Below, in pieces: positions 12,452 to 20,603 of a DNA stretch of 32,000 nt. Both the position numbers and the translations under genes were made by a program. The number at the start of each line of letters is the position of its first letter. Within the stretch, counting starts at the first letter, position 1. The notes below the pieces were generated by a model. The model made no database searches and was not told the DNA's origin. It saw only the letters and a program-made list of their open reading frames with translations. This DNA comes from Acaryochloris thomasi RCC1774 (GTDB lineage Bacteria; Cyanobacteriota; Cyanobacteriia; Thermosynechococcales; Thermosynechococcaceae). The stretch is taken from contig NZ_PQWO01000003.1 of NCBI RefSeq assembly GCF_003231495.1, positions 60,001-92,000 of the forward strand, written 5' to 3'.

Positions 12452-15217
12452 TTAGACAACGGGTGCTAATAGGTTTGTCGCCACAAACTCACCAATGTCG
12501 GCCCCCACAATCGCAGCATCTTGGGTTGACTCTAGAACGTGAACACCCGCAAAGACACGGCTAACAGCATCCTCAGCCCCCACCTCGGCATAGCTTTCAA
12601 AGGTGCGTACCGGATTGAAATCATCGATATCGAACAGAGCGTCATTGGTGGTCTCGAAGATGCCATTGCCTGGAACAATATCTTGAGACACAACTTGAAT
12701 ATCCGTTGCTTCTGGAAACAGTGCATCCAGGACGCCCCCAAAGGCTCCGCCAAAGGTAGAGTGACCCGACAGGTAATCTGGGAAGGGCGGATCGAGCAGT
12801 AGGGGCTGCCAATCAGAATCTGCGATTGTTTCAGCCAGTCCATCTATCTCAGCAATCGCTGTCCCCTGACCATCGCCTGAGATAACATCCTCTGGGCGAG
12901 GTTGCGTCTCAGCGTACTTCTGGTTCCAGGCAGTAATACCCGCGTCGGCCAATGCAATACCCGTTAAGCCCAAAATTCGTGCACTATCAGCGAGATCAGC
13001 GCCTTGCCGGAAAGCCGCTTCTTGGGCAATTTGATGCAAATGACCATAGGGACGGAAGGTATCTGAACGGTCGAAGGACCAGAAGATAGCAACCTCTGTC
13101 TGGTCTTGAGAGCGGGTCACCTCCGTTAGATCGGTACTTTCTAGAGCACCTAACTCTCTCACCTGTTCAATTTCGGTTGCATACAGATTCTTCTGAAAGT
13201 TACCCACCACTGGGTCAATTCCGTTGGCAAAAGGACGACCATCTAAGTTCAAACCATCACCGTTGGCATCAATACCGGCATTGTTGAGAAAATCTTCAAC
13301 CGTATTCCCCGAGAATGTTCTAATCTGCCCCCAACCAGGGCTACGAGCAAAGGGCGTATCGCCAAATACGGACTCTCCAGTAACGGTGTCAAAGGTAGGC
13401 TCAGGCGTCCAAGCATAATCTTCGAAGTCTCCGCTAGGCTGGTAGCCGGTGGGATCGTCTGGACCTTGGAAGAAACCCACATAGCCATCATCAGCACGGG
13501 CATCGATCACTTGACTGGCCGCATTGACACCGAGCAGAAAACCATCCAAGACATCACTCGGAACGTCTGCCACCGCGTCTGCCACAACATCGGGGCTTCC
13601 TGGCAAAAAGGGAGCGGCGAAAGAGGGAACAACTTCACCTGGGGTTGGGTCGCCCAAAATGCTCTCTAAGCCACCCGCCGTCAGTAAACCTTCAACCTGG
13701 CTTCTATCTAGACCCAAACTATTCTCTAGCTGAGCCACAAGTGCATCACCAAAAAACTCAGTCCCAGGAAAGACGTGAGCTAGAGATGCGACTGCGGCAC
13801 CTGCCACAGCAGCATCTTCTGATGCGCCCTCGACAGGAGCGCCTGGATCCAAACCGAGGTAGGACTCATACTCTCCGCCGAAGGCATTTACCGCGTTGAA
13901 GACAGAGGTCTGCACAATACCCAATGCCCTAGAACCAGTGGTTGGCTGAATTCCAATCGCTGAGGTATCGTTTTCACCAAATTCTTGAATGGCATTGAGG
14001 GCGGTTGCATGCCAGGACAAAACTGAATTTGAGCCGGTTGCTGAGACCAGTTCACTGGTCAATTCACCGCCTTCAACACCGGCCAGCAGGTGATAGGCAC
14101 CCGGTGCAACCACTGATGAGAGATTCTCATAGTCGATCTCTACCGTTGTTGAGTCCCCTGCCGCTAGGTCCACATCAACCGAGAGATTACGAAGCAGGCC
14201 ATCATTGCGTTCATCGCTAACGGAGTCCTGATCGTCATCGGTGGAGATGAACAGGTCGAGGCTAACGGGACCAGAAAAGCTGCGTCCTAGAGTATTGGTT
14301 AGCTCTAGAGTCACGGAGCCTGTATCACCAAAGTTAATGGTCTCCGGTAGGCTGATGTCGTCAAAGCTAACTGAGATGGCTCCTGCTGCTGCAGTTGTAA
14401 AAAGAGTGTCAGCATTCTCAGTTAAGACATCTGCAGAAATGCCGGTGACAAATGCGATCGCATCCCCAGTTTCGCTCACCTCAACGCTCGTTCCACCAGC
14501 CGTATCGGTGAAGGATAGATCGCCCTGCGTCAGATCGCTATCTAAGGCTAACCGATCGCCCTGTTCGAGGTTGAAAGCGTTGATCGTGTTGAAGCTGCCT
14601 TCAGTGCCAATGATCAAAGTATCAGCACCACCATTCCCACGATAGGTGTTGCTGCCAATACCACCATCAAGCAGGTCAGCCCCTCGACCGCCGAAAATAA
14701 TATCGTCTCCGAGACCGCCACTGAGCGTATCATCTCCACGGCCACCGGCAAGGGTGTCATTTCCGCGACCCGCAATCAGCAGATCGCTGCCCCCTTCTCC
14801 CAAGAGAGAGTCGTCTCCCGCACCACCTTCAAGGCTATCGCTTCCACGACCACCATTTAAAGTGTCTGAACCAAGACCCGCTCTCAGCAAATCATTGCCA
14901 GTTCCGCCGAAGAGAGAATCATCTCCTTCACCACCGTCAACAGTATCGCTACCGCTGCCACCACGAAGCGTATCGTTCCCCATCTGGCCGTTGAGGAAAT
15001 CGTTGCCGAGCGCGCCAAACAGCAAATCATTACCGCCAAGGCCGCTAAGAGCGTCGTTTCCGTCACTTCCAACGATGGTATCGTCGCCAGCAGTTGCTTC
15101 ACCTGTAACAAGACTGGTCTCTTCTGGAGGCTCAAGACCCATCACCGGAGCAGCGGCGCGCACGCTAAATAGCCCCTCTTCTGTCTCGATCAAGTTATCA
15201 ACAATTTGATCATTCAT
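12452..15217 (-). CDS. RTX calcium-binding repeat protein with CARDB-like module and C-terminal vanadium-haloperoxidase/PAP2-superfamily domain
   Basis: The ATG at 15217 (MNDQIVDN...) is preferred over the TTG at 15229. There are 17 contiguous GGxGxDxLx nonapeptides. The middle segment (GDTGSVTLELTN...LAAGDSTTVEIDYENL...PGAYHLLAGV) is CARDB-like. The C-terminus carries KYAETQPRP (KxxxxxxRP), YLSGHSTFG (SGH) and SRVFAGVH...D, the PAP2/vanadate-binding signature. Confidence 0.8.
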   Translation of the reverse strand: MNDQIVDNLIETEEGLFSVRAAAPVMGLEPPEETSLVTGEATAGDDTIVGSDGNDALSGLGGNDLLFGALGNDFLNGQMGNDTLRGGSGSDTVDGGEGDDSLFGGTGNDLLRAGLGSDTLNGGRGSDSLEGGAGDDSLLGEGGSDLLIAGRGNDTLAGGRGDDTLSGGLGDDIIFGGRGADLLDGGIGSNTYRGNGGADTLIIGTEGSFNTINAFNLEQGDRLALDSDLTQGDLSFTDTAGGTSVEVSETGDAIAFVTGISADVLTENADTLFTTAAAGAISVSFDDISLPETINFGDTGSVTLELTNTLGRSFSGPVSLDLFISTDDDQDSVSDERNDGLLRNLSVDVDLAAGDSTTVEIDYENLSSVVAPGAYHLLAGVEGGELTSELVSATGSNSVLSWHATALNAIQEFGENDTSAIGIQPTTGSRALGIVQTSVFNAVNAFGGEYESYLGLDPGAPVEGASEDAAVAGAAVASLAHVFPGTEFFGDALVAQLENSLGLDRSQVEGLLTAGGLESILGDPTPGEVVPSFAAPFLPGSPDVVADAVADVPSDVLDGFLLGVNAASQVIDARADDGYVGFFQGPDDPTGYQPSGDFEDYAWTPEPTFDTVTGESVFGDTPFARSPGWGQIRTFSGNTVEDFLNNAGIDANGDGLNLDGRPFANGIDPVVGNFQKNLYATEIEQVRELGALESTDLTEVTRSQDQTEVAIFWSFDRSDTFRPYGHLHQIAQEAAFRQGADLADSARILGLTGIALADAGITAWNQKYAETQPRPEDVISGDGQGTAIAEIDGLAETIADSDWQPLLLDPPFPDYLSGHSTFGGAFGGVLDALFPEATDIQVVSQDIVPGNGIFETTNDALFDIDDFNPVRTFESYAEVGAEDAVSRVFAGVHVLESTQDAAIVGADIGEFVATNLLAPVV
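14612..15070 (-). repeat. 17 tandem RTX nonapeptide-coding repeats (27-nt period)
   Basis: GSDGNDALS GLGGNDLLF GALGNDFLN GQMGNDTLR GGSGSDTVD GGEGDDSLF GGTGNDLLR AGLGSDTLN GGRGSDSLE GGAGDDSLL GEGGSDLLI AGRGNDTLA GGRGDDTLS GGLGDDIIF GGRGADLLD GGIGSNTYR GNGGADTLI. These are aa 54-206 of the 925-aa ORF. Confidence 0.9.
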
Positions 15218-15804
15218 GAACCACAACACCTAGTAACAACAAAAATCTGATCACTATTCATTTACCCCAAGCGCAAATGGCCCCTTTGCATAAGGTCCAT
15301 AGATATGGCCGGGGCTTTACCACAATCAATCGACATCGATTGCGCCCAAATAAGGAGGGGGGCTTACACGCTGCTATCTATCGCAGTTGCTTAAGAAGAA
15401 AGAACGTAGAGGCTCAAGGCTGCACGAAATTGAACACCTATCAAAGACAAGGTGATCAAGAAGAAAGCACTAAACATCGACCCGTACAGTACGGGTTAAC
15501 GCCCTTAGCTTCTAAAGATCGGCACCATAGCAAGAACTTGGCAGCTCCAACCTTCTTGCAGATTCAAGCATTAGAACCTATTGCGTACAATTACCTATGA
15601 GCGAGAATAAGCGTCTCCGTGAGACTAAGACAAAACGAAGCGGAGTAATATACTCCCTCCCCCCATATTTGATAGATAAGATCAAATAAACCCCGAATAT
15701 CAAGCTTTTTGTCTCTTAGTAGGATACTGCCACAGCTCCTGTGAAGTTTTCGTGAAAGACTGATTAGAAAAGCAAACACTTCCAGAGGCAAACAAGTAGG
15801 CGTT

Positions 15805-15951
15805 TTACACGACGATACGTCCATTACCCTGTAACTTTCGCCAACGATTGATGGCTGCAGCCAACTCAAACACTCGAAAGGTGGTGGTCAAGTCACCCTG
15901 CAGAATCGTGCTGGGCTGATCAAAGCTTTGGGCTTCAATGAAGGCGATACG
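15805..15951 (-). pseudogene. orphan 3'-terminal fragment of an ABC-ATPase (PF09818-like) paralog
   Basis: Translation RIAFIEAQSFDQPSTILQGDLTTTFRVFELAAAINRWRKLQGNGRIVV* aligns with the C-terminus of the intact gene at 17899..19587 (AIAFVEAEGFDTLTTIPQGDLTKVRVFELAAAINHWRRLQVG*). An in-frame TAG lies immediately upstream (15952..15954) and there is no gene body. Confidence 0.75.
15846..15873. repeat. 28-nt direct repeat, copy 1 (candidate att-like core)
   Basis: GATTGATGGCTGCAGCCAACTCAAACAC, identical to 17925..17952 in the same orientation. Confidence 0.95.
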
Positions 15952-16050
15952 CTACTGAATCGTTGAGGCTTTCACCATATTTGCCAATGGCTTTAGGCTC
16001 AATATGCTTTGACCAACGAGGCATATGATTCAACTTGAGGTGTGATTGAC

Positions 16051-16296
16051 CTAAACCGCTTCATCCAAAACCCGAATATGTAGAACCTCATTACTGACTA
16101 AAGGTTCGATCTGTGACTCTGCAACAACAAGTACTGAGATCGTTTCTCCCACTGCGTTGAAGACTTCTAAACTATAGCCATCCTCTGCATCTAATACGGG
16201 ATGGTGCTCTACGACTGTTGCGACATCACCTTTACAAAGTTTGTAGCGTGGAAAATCTTCGCGCAGTGCCACCCGTGTAAACAGCTCAAACGACAT
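16051..16296 (-). CDS. DUF4926-like small protein (putative antitoxin/immunity-type partner)
   Basis: MSFELFTRVALREDFPRYKLCKGDVATVVEH...GYSLEVFNAVGETISVLVVAESQIEPL matches my recollection of the DUF4926 pattern (F.L.D.V.L..D.P...L.KGDVGTVVE...YEVEF...G.T.AV). An alternative ATG at 16362 (103-aa ORF) overlaps the upstream pseudogene stop as ATGA. Confidence 0.65.
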   Translation of the reverse strand: MSFELFTRVALREDFPRYKLCKGDVATVVEHHPVLDAEDGYSLEVFNAVGETISVLVVAESQIEPLVSNEVLHIRVLDEAV

Positions 16297-16358
16297 TACT
16301 GAGTCCTCTTGTCTGGATATTAAGGTGATGAACTTGGTTTGTTGGGTTTCATACTCGG

Positions 16359-16631
16359 TCATCCAAATGTGATGACCGCTAGTTCAATACCATTCGGCCC
16401 TGCCAAAGTGCCTCGGATTTCATAGACATCGCCAAATCGATTTTCTTCGTCGCTTGGTACTGCATCTTGTGACAGAATCTGGGTTCTCAAATCAGATTCC
16501 AGTTGCTGCCAGTTATTTTGACCCTAACCTGCCTGAGCCAAAAATTGTGACTTGTCATTTGCTTCGCGCCAGATCAGCAAATATCTTGTCAACTTAGGGG
16601 TTGCAATAATCGCTTTAGGCGAAAGCTTCAT
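16359..16631 (-). pseudogene. DUF6883-like gene disrupted by an in-frame TAG (codon 36)
   Basis: Manual translation: MKLSPKAIIATPKLTRYLLIWREANDKSQFLAQAG*GQNNWQQLESDLRTQILSQDAVPSDEENRFGDVYEIRGTLAGPNGIELAVITFG*. The TAG is at 16524..16526. The pattern (KL..YLL ... K..F....GF ... FG..Y.I.G.L.GPNG) resembles the DUF6883 family, which I recall as the usual neighbour of DUF4926. Because of the stop it is absent from the ORF track. Confidence 0.5.
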
Positions 16632-16773
16632 TTCATTGCGTCCGCTCGTTGAGCATACTTCAAACGCGGGCCAAGTTTAGAGGTAGCAAGGCTATCAAGA
16701 TTATCTGAATCGAGATATCGGCTCGTACATCAGTACATCTCTATTACTCCTACCCTAGAATAGCGATGGCAGG

Positions 16774-16986
16774 ATGGTGGAGCGAATTACAGTAATGTTG
16801 CCAGAAGTAGGGCTAGGAAAGGCTGTTGTAGGTGTTATTGCACGCAAGGTCATAGAGGCAGGCACTCAAAGCATCACCAATCAGCTAACCGCCACTGAAG
16901 TCGAAAAGGCCCTGGTAAATGCCATTGATGAGGCGCAAGCGCTGGGAGAATTGGTGCCGTCATTGAATCTACAGAACCCACTGTAG
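16774..16986 (+). CDS. hypothetical 70-aa ORF (possibly a gene remnant)
   Basis: ORF only, with no recognisable motif. Its 3' end runs into the 20-bp hairpin at 16955..17000. It is the only plus-strand ORF in a minus-strand block. Confidence 0.25.
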   Translation: MVERITVMLPEVGLGKAVVGVIARKVIEAGTQSITNQLTATEVEKALVNAIDEAQALGELVPSLNLQNPL

Positions 16987-17000
16987 ATTCAATGACGGCA
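16955..17000. repeat. perfect 20-bp inverted repeat (hairpin) with 6-nt loop
   Basis: TGCCGTCATTGAATCTACAG - AACCCA - CTGTAGATTCAATGACGGCA. All 20 positions pair. No immediate T-run follows. Confidence 0.9.
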
Positions 17001-17234
17001 TAAACAAAATTTTCTTTATAAGGAATGGAAAATGTCAGCCTAAAAGCAAACTTTCAGCCAGTTATGCAAATCTGAAGCTTCAGAAAAATCAAGCAACGCC
17101 TCGCCCAACGCATCCAACCGAGCCAAGGGCAGCGAGCGCACCTATGCTTCTAACTCCGGCGAAAGCACACCCAACTGTCGAGTCAATTAACGCAGAATCA
17201 ACGCTAACTGACCACCCAATGCAAACTCTGGTAT

Positions 17235-17528
17235 TCAATCAGAAAAAATTTCTTCCAAATTCTGCCGACCGCCAAGCACCCGCAGGATTTCAACCCCATC
17301 ATCGACAACCTGATAAAAAATGATGTATCCCTCCAACGGGAGACCGCGCATTCCTGATCGAATAGCATCGTAACTTCGTCCTAACTTTGGAAAGCGCATG
17401 AGTTTTTCACATTTTTGAGTGAATTCCAGACAGATTCTTTCTCCAGCCTCAATATTCCGTGCTAGGAAATAATCTGAGATCGCATCTAAATCCTGACTCG
17501 CTTGCCGTGAAAGAAAGCAGTTGTTCAC
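17235..17528 (-). CDS. parE: type II toxin, RelE/ParE family (ParE-like)
   Basis: 97 aa. Has the ...DLDAISDYFLARNIEAGERICLEF...FPKLGR...GLR...GYIIFYQVVDDGVEILRVLGGRQNL pattern typical of ParE. The GTG start overlaps the antitoxin stop (GTGA). Confidence 0.85.
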   Translation of the reverse strand: MNNCFLSRQASQDLDAISDYFLARNIEAGERICLEFTQKCEKLMRFPKLGRSYDAIRSGMRGLPLEGYIIFYQVVDDGVEILRVLGGRQNLEEIFSD

Positions 17529-17791
17529 CCTTGTTGTTCACGAGCCTGACGAAACTTGGCCTGAAGCCGATCTGTGACAACTTCTAGCGGAATTCTCTCA
17601 CCTCGCTCTAATGACTGCGCCGCTTCCTCAACTTTTTCTCGAACCTCTTCGACCCAAGCCTGCTGTCCTTGCTGTTGGCGTTCTAGTACTCTCAATGCAG
17701 TAATAACAACTTCGTCAGCAGACTGATACTTGCCCTGAGCCAATTGTTCACGGATGAATTGTTCTTGTTCCGAGGCTAAAGAAATGTTCAT
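17525..17791 (-). CDS. parD: type II antitoxin, ParD-like (ribbon-helix-helix)
   Basis: 88 aa. MNISLASEQEQFIREQLAQGKYQSADEVVITALRVLE is the typical ParD/COG3609 N-terminus. Lies upstream of the ParE gene with a 4-nt overlap. Confidence 0.8.
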   Translation of the reverse strand: MNISLASEQEQFIREQLAQGKYQSADEVVITALRVLERQQQGQQAWVEEVREKVEEAAQSLERGERIPLEVVTDRLQAKFRQAREQQG

Positions 17792-17898
17792 GAGCGCACT
17801 GCATTACAAAAGCACTCTTTTATCCTAACCTCAACAACAATGGCCCAACGTATCAAAATTTTGGAGAAGCCAGAGTGTGACAACACAAAACAGGGCAA

Positions 17899-19587
17899 TC
17901 ACCCTACCTGCAGTCTGCGCCAATGATTGATGGCTGCAGCCAACTCAAACACACGCACCTTCGTCAAGTCTCCCTGCGGGATAGTGGTGAGAGTATCAAA
18001 CCCCTCGGCTTCAACAAACGCGATCGCATCTCGCAAAACATCAGCAAAAGGCTGGTTCTGAGGCTGCAGCCAAAGCATCGTAGTGGCAATTGCCCTCAGC
18101 TGCCCCACCTCCACCAACGACTCCACCGCGCTCAGATCAATCGCCTCTTTATCCAACGAGATCGCATCCAATCCCCGCACCTGAAACTTAATCCGCCGCT
18201 CCTGGCGTTCTAGCCCCAAACTTTCTGAAGTAAGCCTCCGCGTCGCAATCTCTCCAAACACTTCCCCGCCCTCGTGAGAGCGCACTGTCGGATACTGCTG
18301 CACCAGAGCTTTTGCCCGCTCTGTCACATCGTAGGGCTGAAAATTATCAAGTGCGATCGCAACGTCAGCCACATCAAAATAGTCACCGCTGCCCCCCATC
18401 ACCAGAACAGTGGATACACCGTATTGTGTATAAAGCTGCTGAATTTTATCCATCAATGGGGTGATGGGTTCTTTATCATTGGTTATTAGGGCCTGCATTC
18501 TGCGATCGCGAATCATCAAATTTGTCGCCGAAGTATCCTCATCGATCAGCAGCACCTTGGCCCCCAGCTCTAACGCCTCCACAATATTTGCCGCCTGAGA
18601 AGTACTGCCGCTAGCATTCTGCGTCGAGAAATGAGTCGTTGAACGTCCCTGAGGCAGATGATTAATGAAGGGCGAGATATCAACCCCCGCCACACTCCGA
18701 CCATCTTCAGCTCGAATCTTAACCGCAGCCGGATCAGTCACCACTCGCTCGCGACCATCGCCTGGGATATGGTTGTAGATACCCCGCTCGATCGCCTTGA
18801 GCAGCGTAGACTTTCCATGAAAGCCACCCCCCACAATCACCGTCACCCCAGCAGGAATGCCCATTCCCGTCACTCGCCCCTGATGCAGACAGTCAAATTC
18901 GACCCTCAAGCTCTCGGGGCTTTGAAAAGGAACTGCTTCCTGTAGCGGGCGATCATCAACACCGCTGCGACGGGGAAGAATTGCTCCATCGGCAATAAAG
19001 GCAACGAGGTTCCGCTCTGGCAACTGCTGACGTAGCCAATCTGCATCTTCAGCCGTTTCAATATGGTTCAGTAAAGCCGCCGCATCAAGTTGGTCATAGT
19101 GGAGATTCTCTGCCACCAGCCTCGGGATTTGTTCACACAGCATCTCTGCAGCCTGCTCTCCGGCAATGCGGCGACCGAAGGCCGGGAGTCCCACCACGAA
19201 ACGAACCTCTATACATTGATCGTCAATGAAGGCAGTCGTGCGTTCTAGAATTTGTTGGGGAGGGGATGCGATCGCAACTAGCCCACTTTTTCCACTCCCT
19301 TTGCAACCGGGCAACGCCTGCATTGCTCGCTCAACCTGCCGCGTCAGATAATCTCGCAGCGCAATTTCTCGGCTGCGGTTGTTATACAAATCAGCCGGAA
19401 ACTCCGCAAAATTTTGCGGCACCTGCACTCGGCACGGACTCGGGGCCGCAAAAGGATCGCCCTGCACCCGATCGATCCAAAGCGTAAAATCTGGAAAATC
19501 ATAGCTGCCGCGAATAGATTGATAGGTTCTGTACCCTCGTCCATCTATCTGTAATAGAGCTTGGCGCAAAGCTTGATCGGTTGCCAT
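17899..19587 (-). CDS. ABC-class ATPase of unknown function (PF09818-like)
   Basis: N-terminus LLQIDGRGYRTYQSIRGSYDFPDFTLWIDRVQGDPFAAPS and Walker A VGGGFHGKSTLLKAIERG. The length of about 560 aa is typical of the 'predicted ATPase of the ABC class' family. Confidence 0.85.
   Translation of the reverse strand: MATDQALRQALLQIDGRGYRTYQSIRGSYDFPDFTLWIDRVQGDPFAAPSPCRVQVPQNFAEFPADLYNNRSREIALRDYLTRQVERAMQALPGCKGSGKSGLVAIASPPQQILERTTAFIDDQCIEVRFVVGLPAFGRRIAGEQAAEMLCEQIPRLVAENLHYDQLDAAALLNHIETAEDADWLRQQLPERNLVAFIADGAILPRRSGVDDRPLQEAVPFQSPESLRVEFDCLHQGRVTGMGIPAGVTVIVGGGFHGKSTLLKAIERGIYNHIPGDGRERVVTDPAAVKIRAEDGRSVAGVDISPFINHLPQGRSTTHFSTQNASGSTSQAANIVEALELGAKVLLIDEDTSATNLMIRDRRMQALITNDKEPITPLMDKIQQLYTQYGVSTVLVMGGSGDYFDVADVAIALDNFQPYDVTERAKALVQQYPTVRSHEGGEVFGEIATRRLTSESLGLERQERRIKFQVRGLDAISLDKEAIDLSAVESLVEVGQLRAIATTMLWLQPQNQPFADVLRDAIAFVEAEGFDTLTTIPQGDLTKVRVFELAAAINHWRRLQVG
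17925..17952. repeat. 28-nt direct repeat, copy 2 (inside the 3' end of the ABC-ATPase gene)
   Basis: GATTGATGGCTGCAGCCAACTCAAACAC, identical to 15846..15873. Encodes VFELAAAIN on the minus strand. Confidence 0.95.
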
Positions 19588-19789
19588 AGAGAAAATTGTT
19601 GCTCAAGCCGTCGCATCCGTACCTCATAATTAATAGACGAAGTGCAGTCCGCTGTCAGTTTTTGAGCCCACAGCCTGACACCATGATCGCCAAAGACACA
19701 CGCTGGGACATCACTACAAAGAAAGAGGTAGCGTATTATTTTGTCTTCATAAGTTTTGTTCAAGCCAGCATCATATCCAAGGATTCTCT

Positions 19790-20590
19790 ATGGTGAAAAA
19801 CAACAAACCCTCCGAGGAAGGTGGAAAGTTTGCCAAGGACCGTGCAGGGGGTTCAGGTCTAACGGCAGCCGTCAATCGATTAACGGACTGGCACTATGAG
19901 CAGACCAAAGCGTTGACGCTCCTAAACTGGGTCGGCTATGGCCTTTTGATCTTTTTCTTGTTTGACCTTATCGAAATTTTCTACGCCCCTCAATTTATGA
20001 ATCCCGCCTGGGAACTCGAAACCCTCGGGAAGCTAACCGAGCGCGTTGCCGTACCGCTGATCGGCTTCGGCCTCGTTTTCATCGGTGGCCTTGAAAAGCG
20101 TGGCGAGATAGAACGATCGTGGGTCAAATTCTTATCTTGGGTGACGCTCCTGGCCGCCATCGTTTTTTTGCTGTGGGTTCCCCTAGGCATCTTCGACACC
20201 ATCCGCATCAATCAGGCAATGCAAACGCAAATCAACACGCAATTAGAGCAGCAAACCGAGCAGGCCCAAACTCAGGTCAAGGCCGTTAAAGAACAGCTAG
20301 ACCAAGTCTCCAGTCCCGAGGAACTCAAAGAATTTCTGAGCCGCCTCAAGCTCGACGAGCAGGCCCAAACCGTTGAAGATCCTCAGCAAGTGGCTCCCAT
20401 CAAAACCCAAATTTCAACGATGTTGGACAACCGCGTTAGCAACCTTGACGTTCAGGCCCAGAATGCGCTCACAACCCAGCGCACCACCCTAATCAAGCGC
20501 TCTCTCAAATGGAATCTCAATAGCCTCGTCTCAGGCGCACTTTTCTTTAGCTTTTGGCGGGGCACCCGCTGGGTGAGACAGTATCGATAG
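19790..20590 (+). CDS. membrane protein with coiled-coil region, HpsJ-like (tentative)
   Basis: Segment LLNWVGYGLLIFFLFDLIEIFYAPQFMNPAWELETLGKLTERVAVPLIGFGLVF resembles my recollection of cyanobacterial HpsJ-family proteins. A Q/E-rich predicted coiled coil follows. The family call is unverified. Confidence 0.5.
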   Translation: MVKNNKPSEEGGKFAKDRAGGSGLTAAVNRLTDWHYEQTKALTLLNWVGYGLLIFFLFDLIEIFYAPQFMNPAWELETLGKLTERVAVPLIGFGLVFIGGLEKRGEIERSWVKFLSWVTLLAAIVFLLWVPLGIFDTIRINQAMQTQINTQLEQQTEQAQTQVKAVKEQLDQVSSPEELKEFLSRLKLDEQAQTVEDPQQVAPIKTQISTMLDNRVSNLDVQAQNALTTQRTTLIKRSLKWNLNSLVSGALFFSFWRGTRWVRQYR

Positions 20591-20603
20591 CTGGATATCT
20601 CTC

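Noticed and set aside
14612-15070. Possibility that the regularly spaced nucleotide repeats are a CRISPR array
   Set aside because: The period is 27 nt with no unique spacers. The repeats are in frame and encode RTX nonapeptides within a long ORF.
14646-15209. 187-aa Pro/Ser-rich plus-strand ORF, with neighbours at 14241..14645 and 14005..14220
   Set aside because: It is antisense to the RTX repeat block. The periodic P/S-rich translation is the mirror image of the GGxGxD repeats, not an independent gene.
15277-15869. 107-aa plus-strand and 92-aa minus-strand ORFs
   Set aside because: The plus-strand ORF is highly basic and featureless. The minus-strand ORF starts out of frame inside the ABC-ATPase fragment. 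Neither has motifs or a plausible start context.
17040-17200. Minus-strand reading LTRQLGVLSPELEA*VRSLPLARLDALGEALLDFSEASDLHNWL, resembling the tail of an HTH-type antitoxin
   Set aside because: It is interrupted by a stop, has no start and gives no firm family match by eye. It may be gene debris but cannot be supported.
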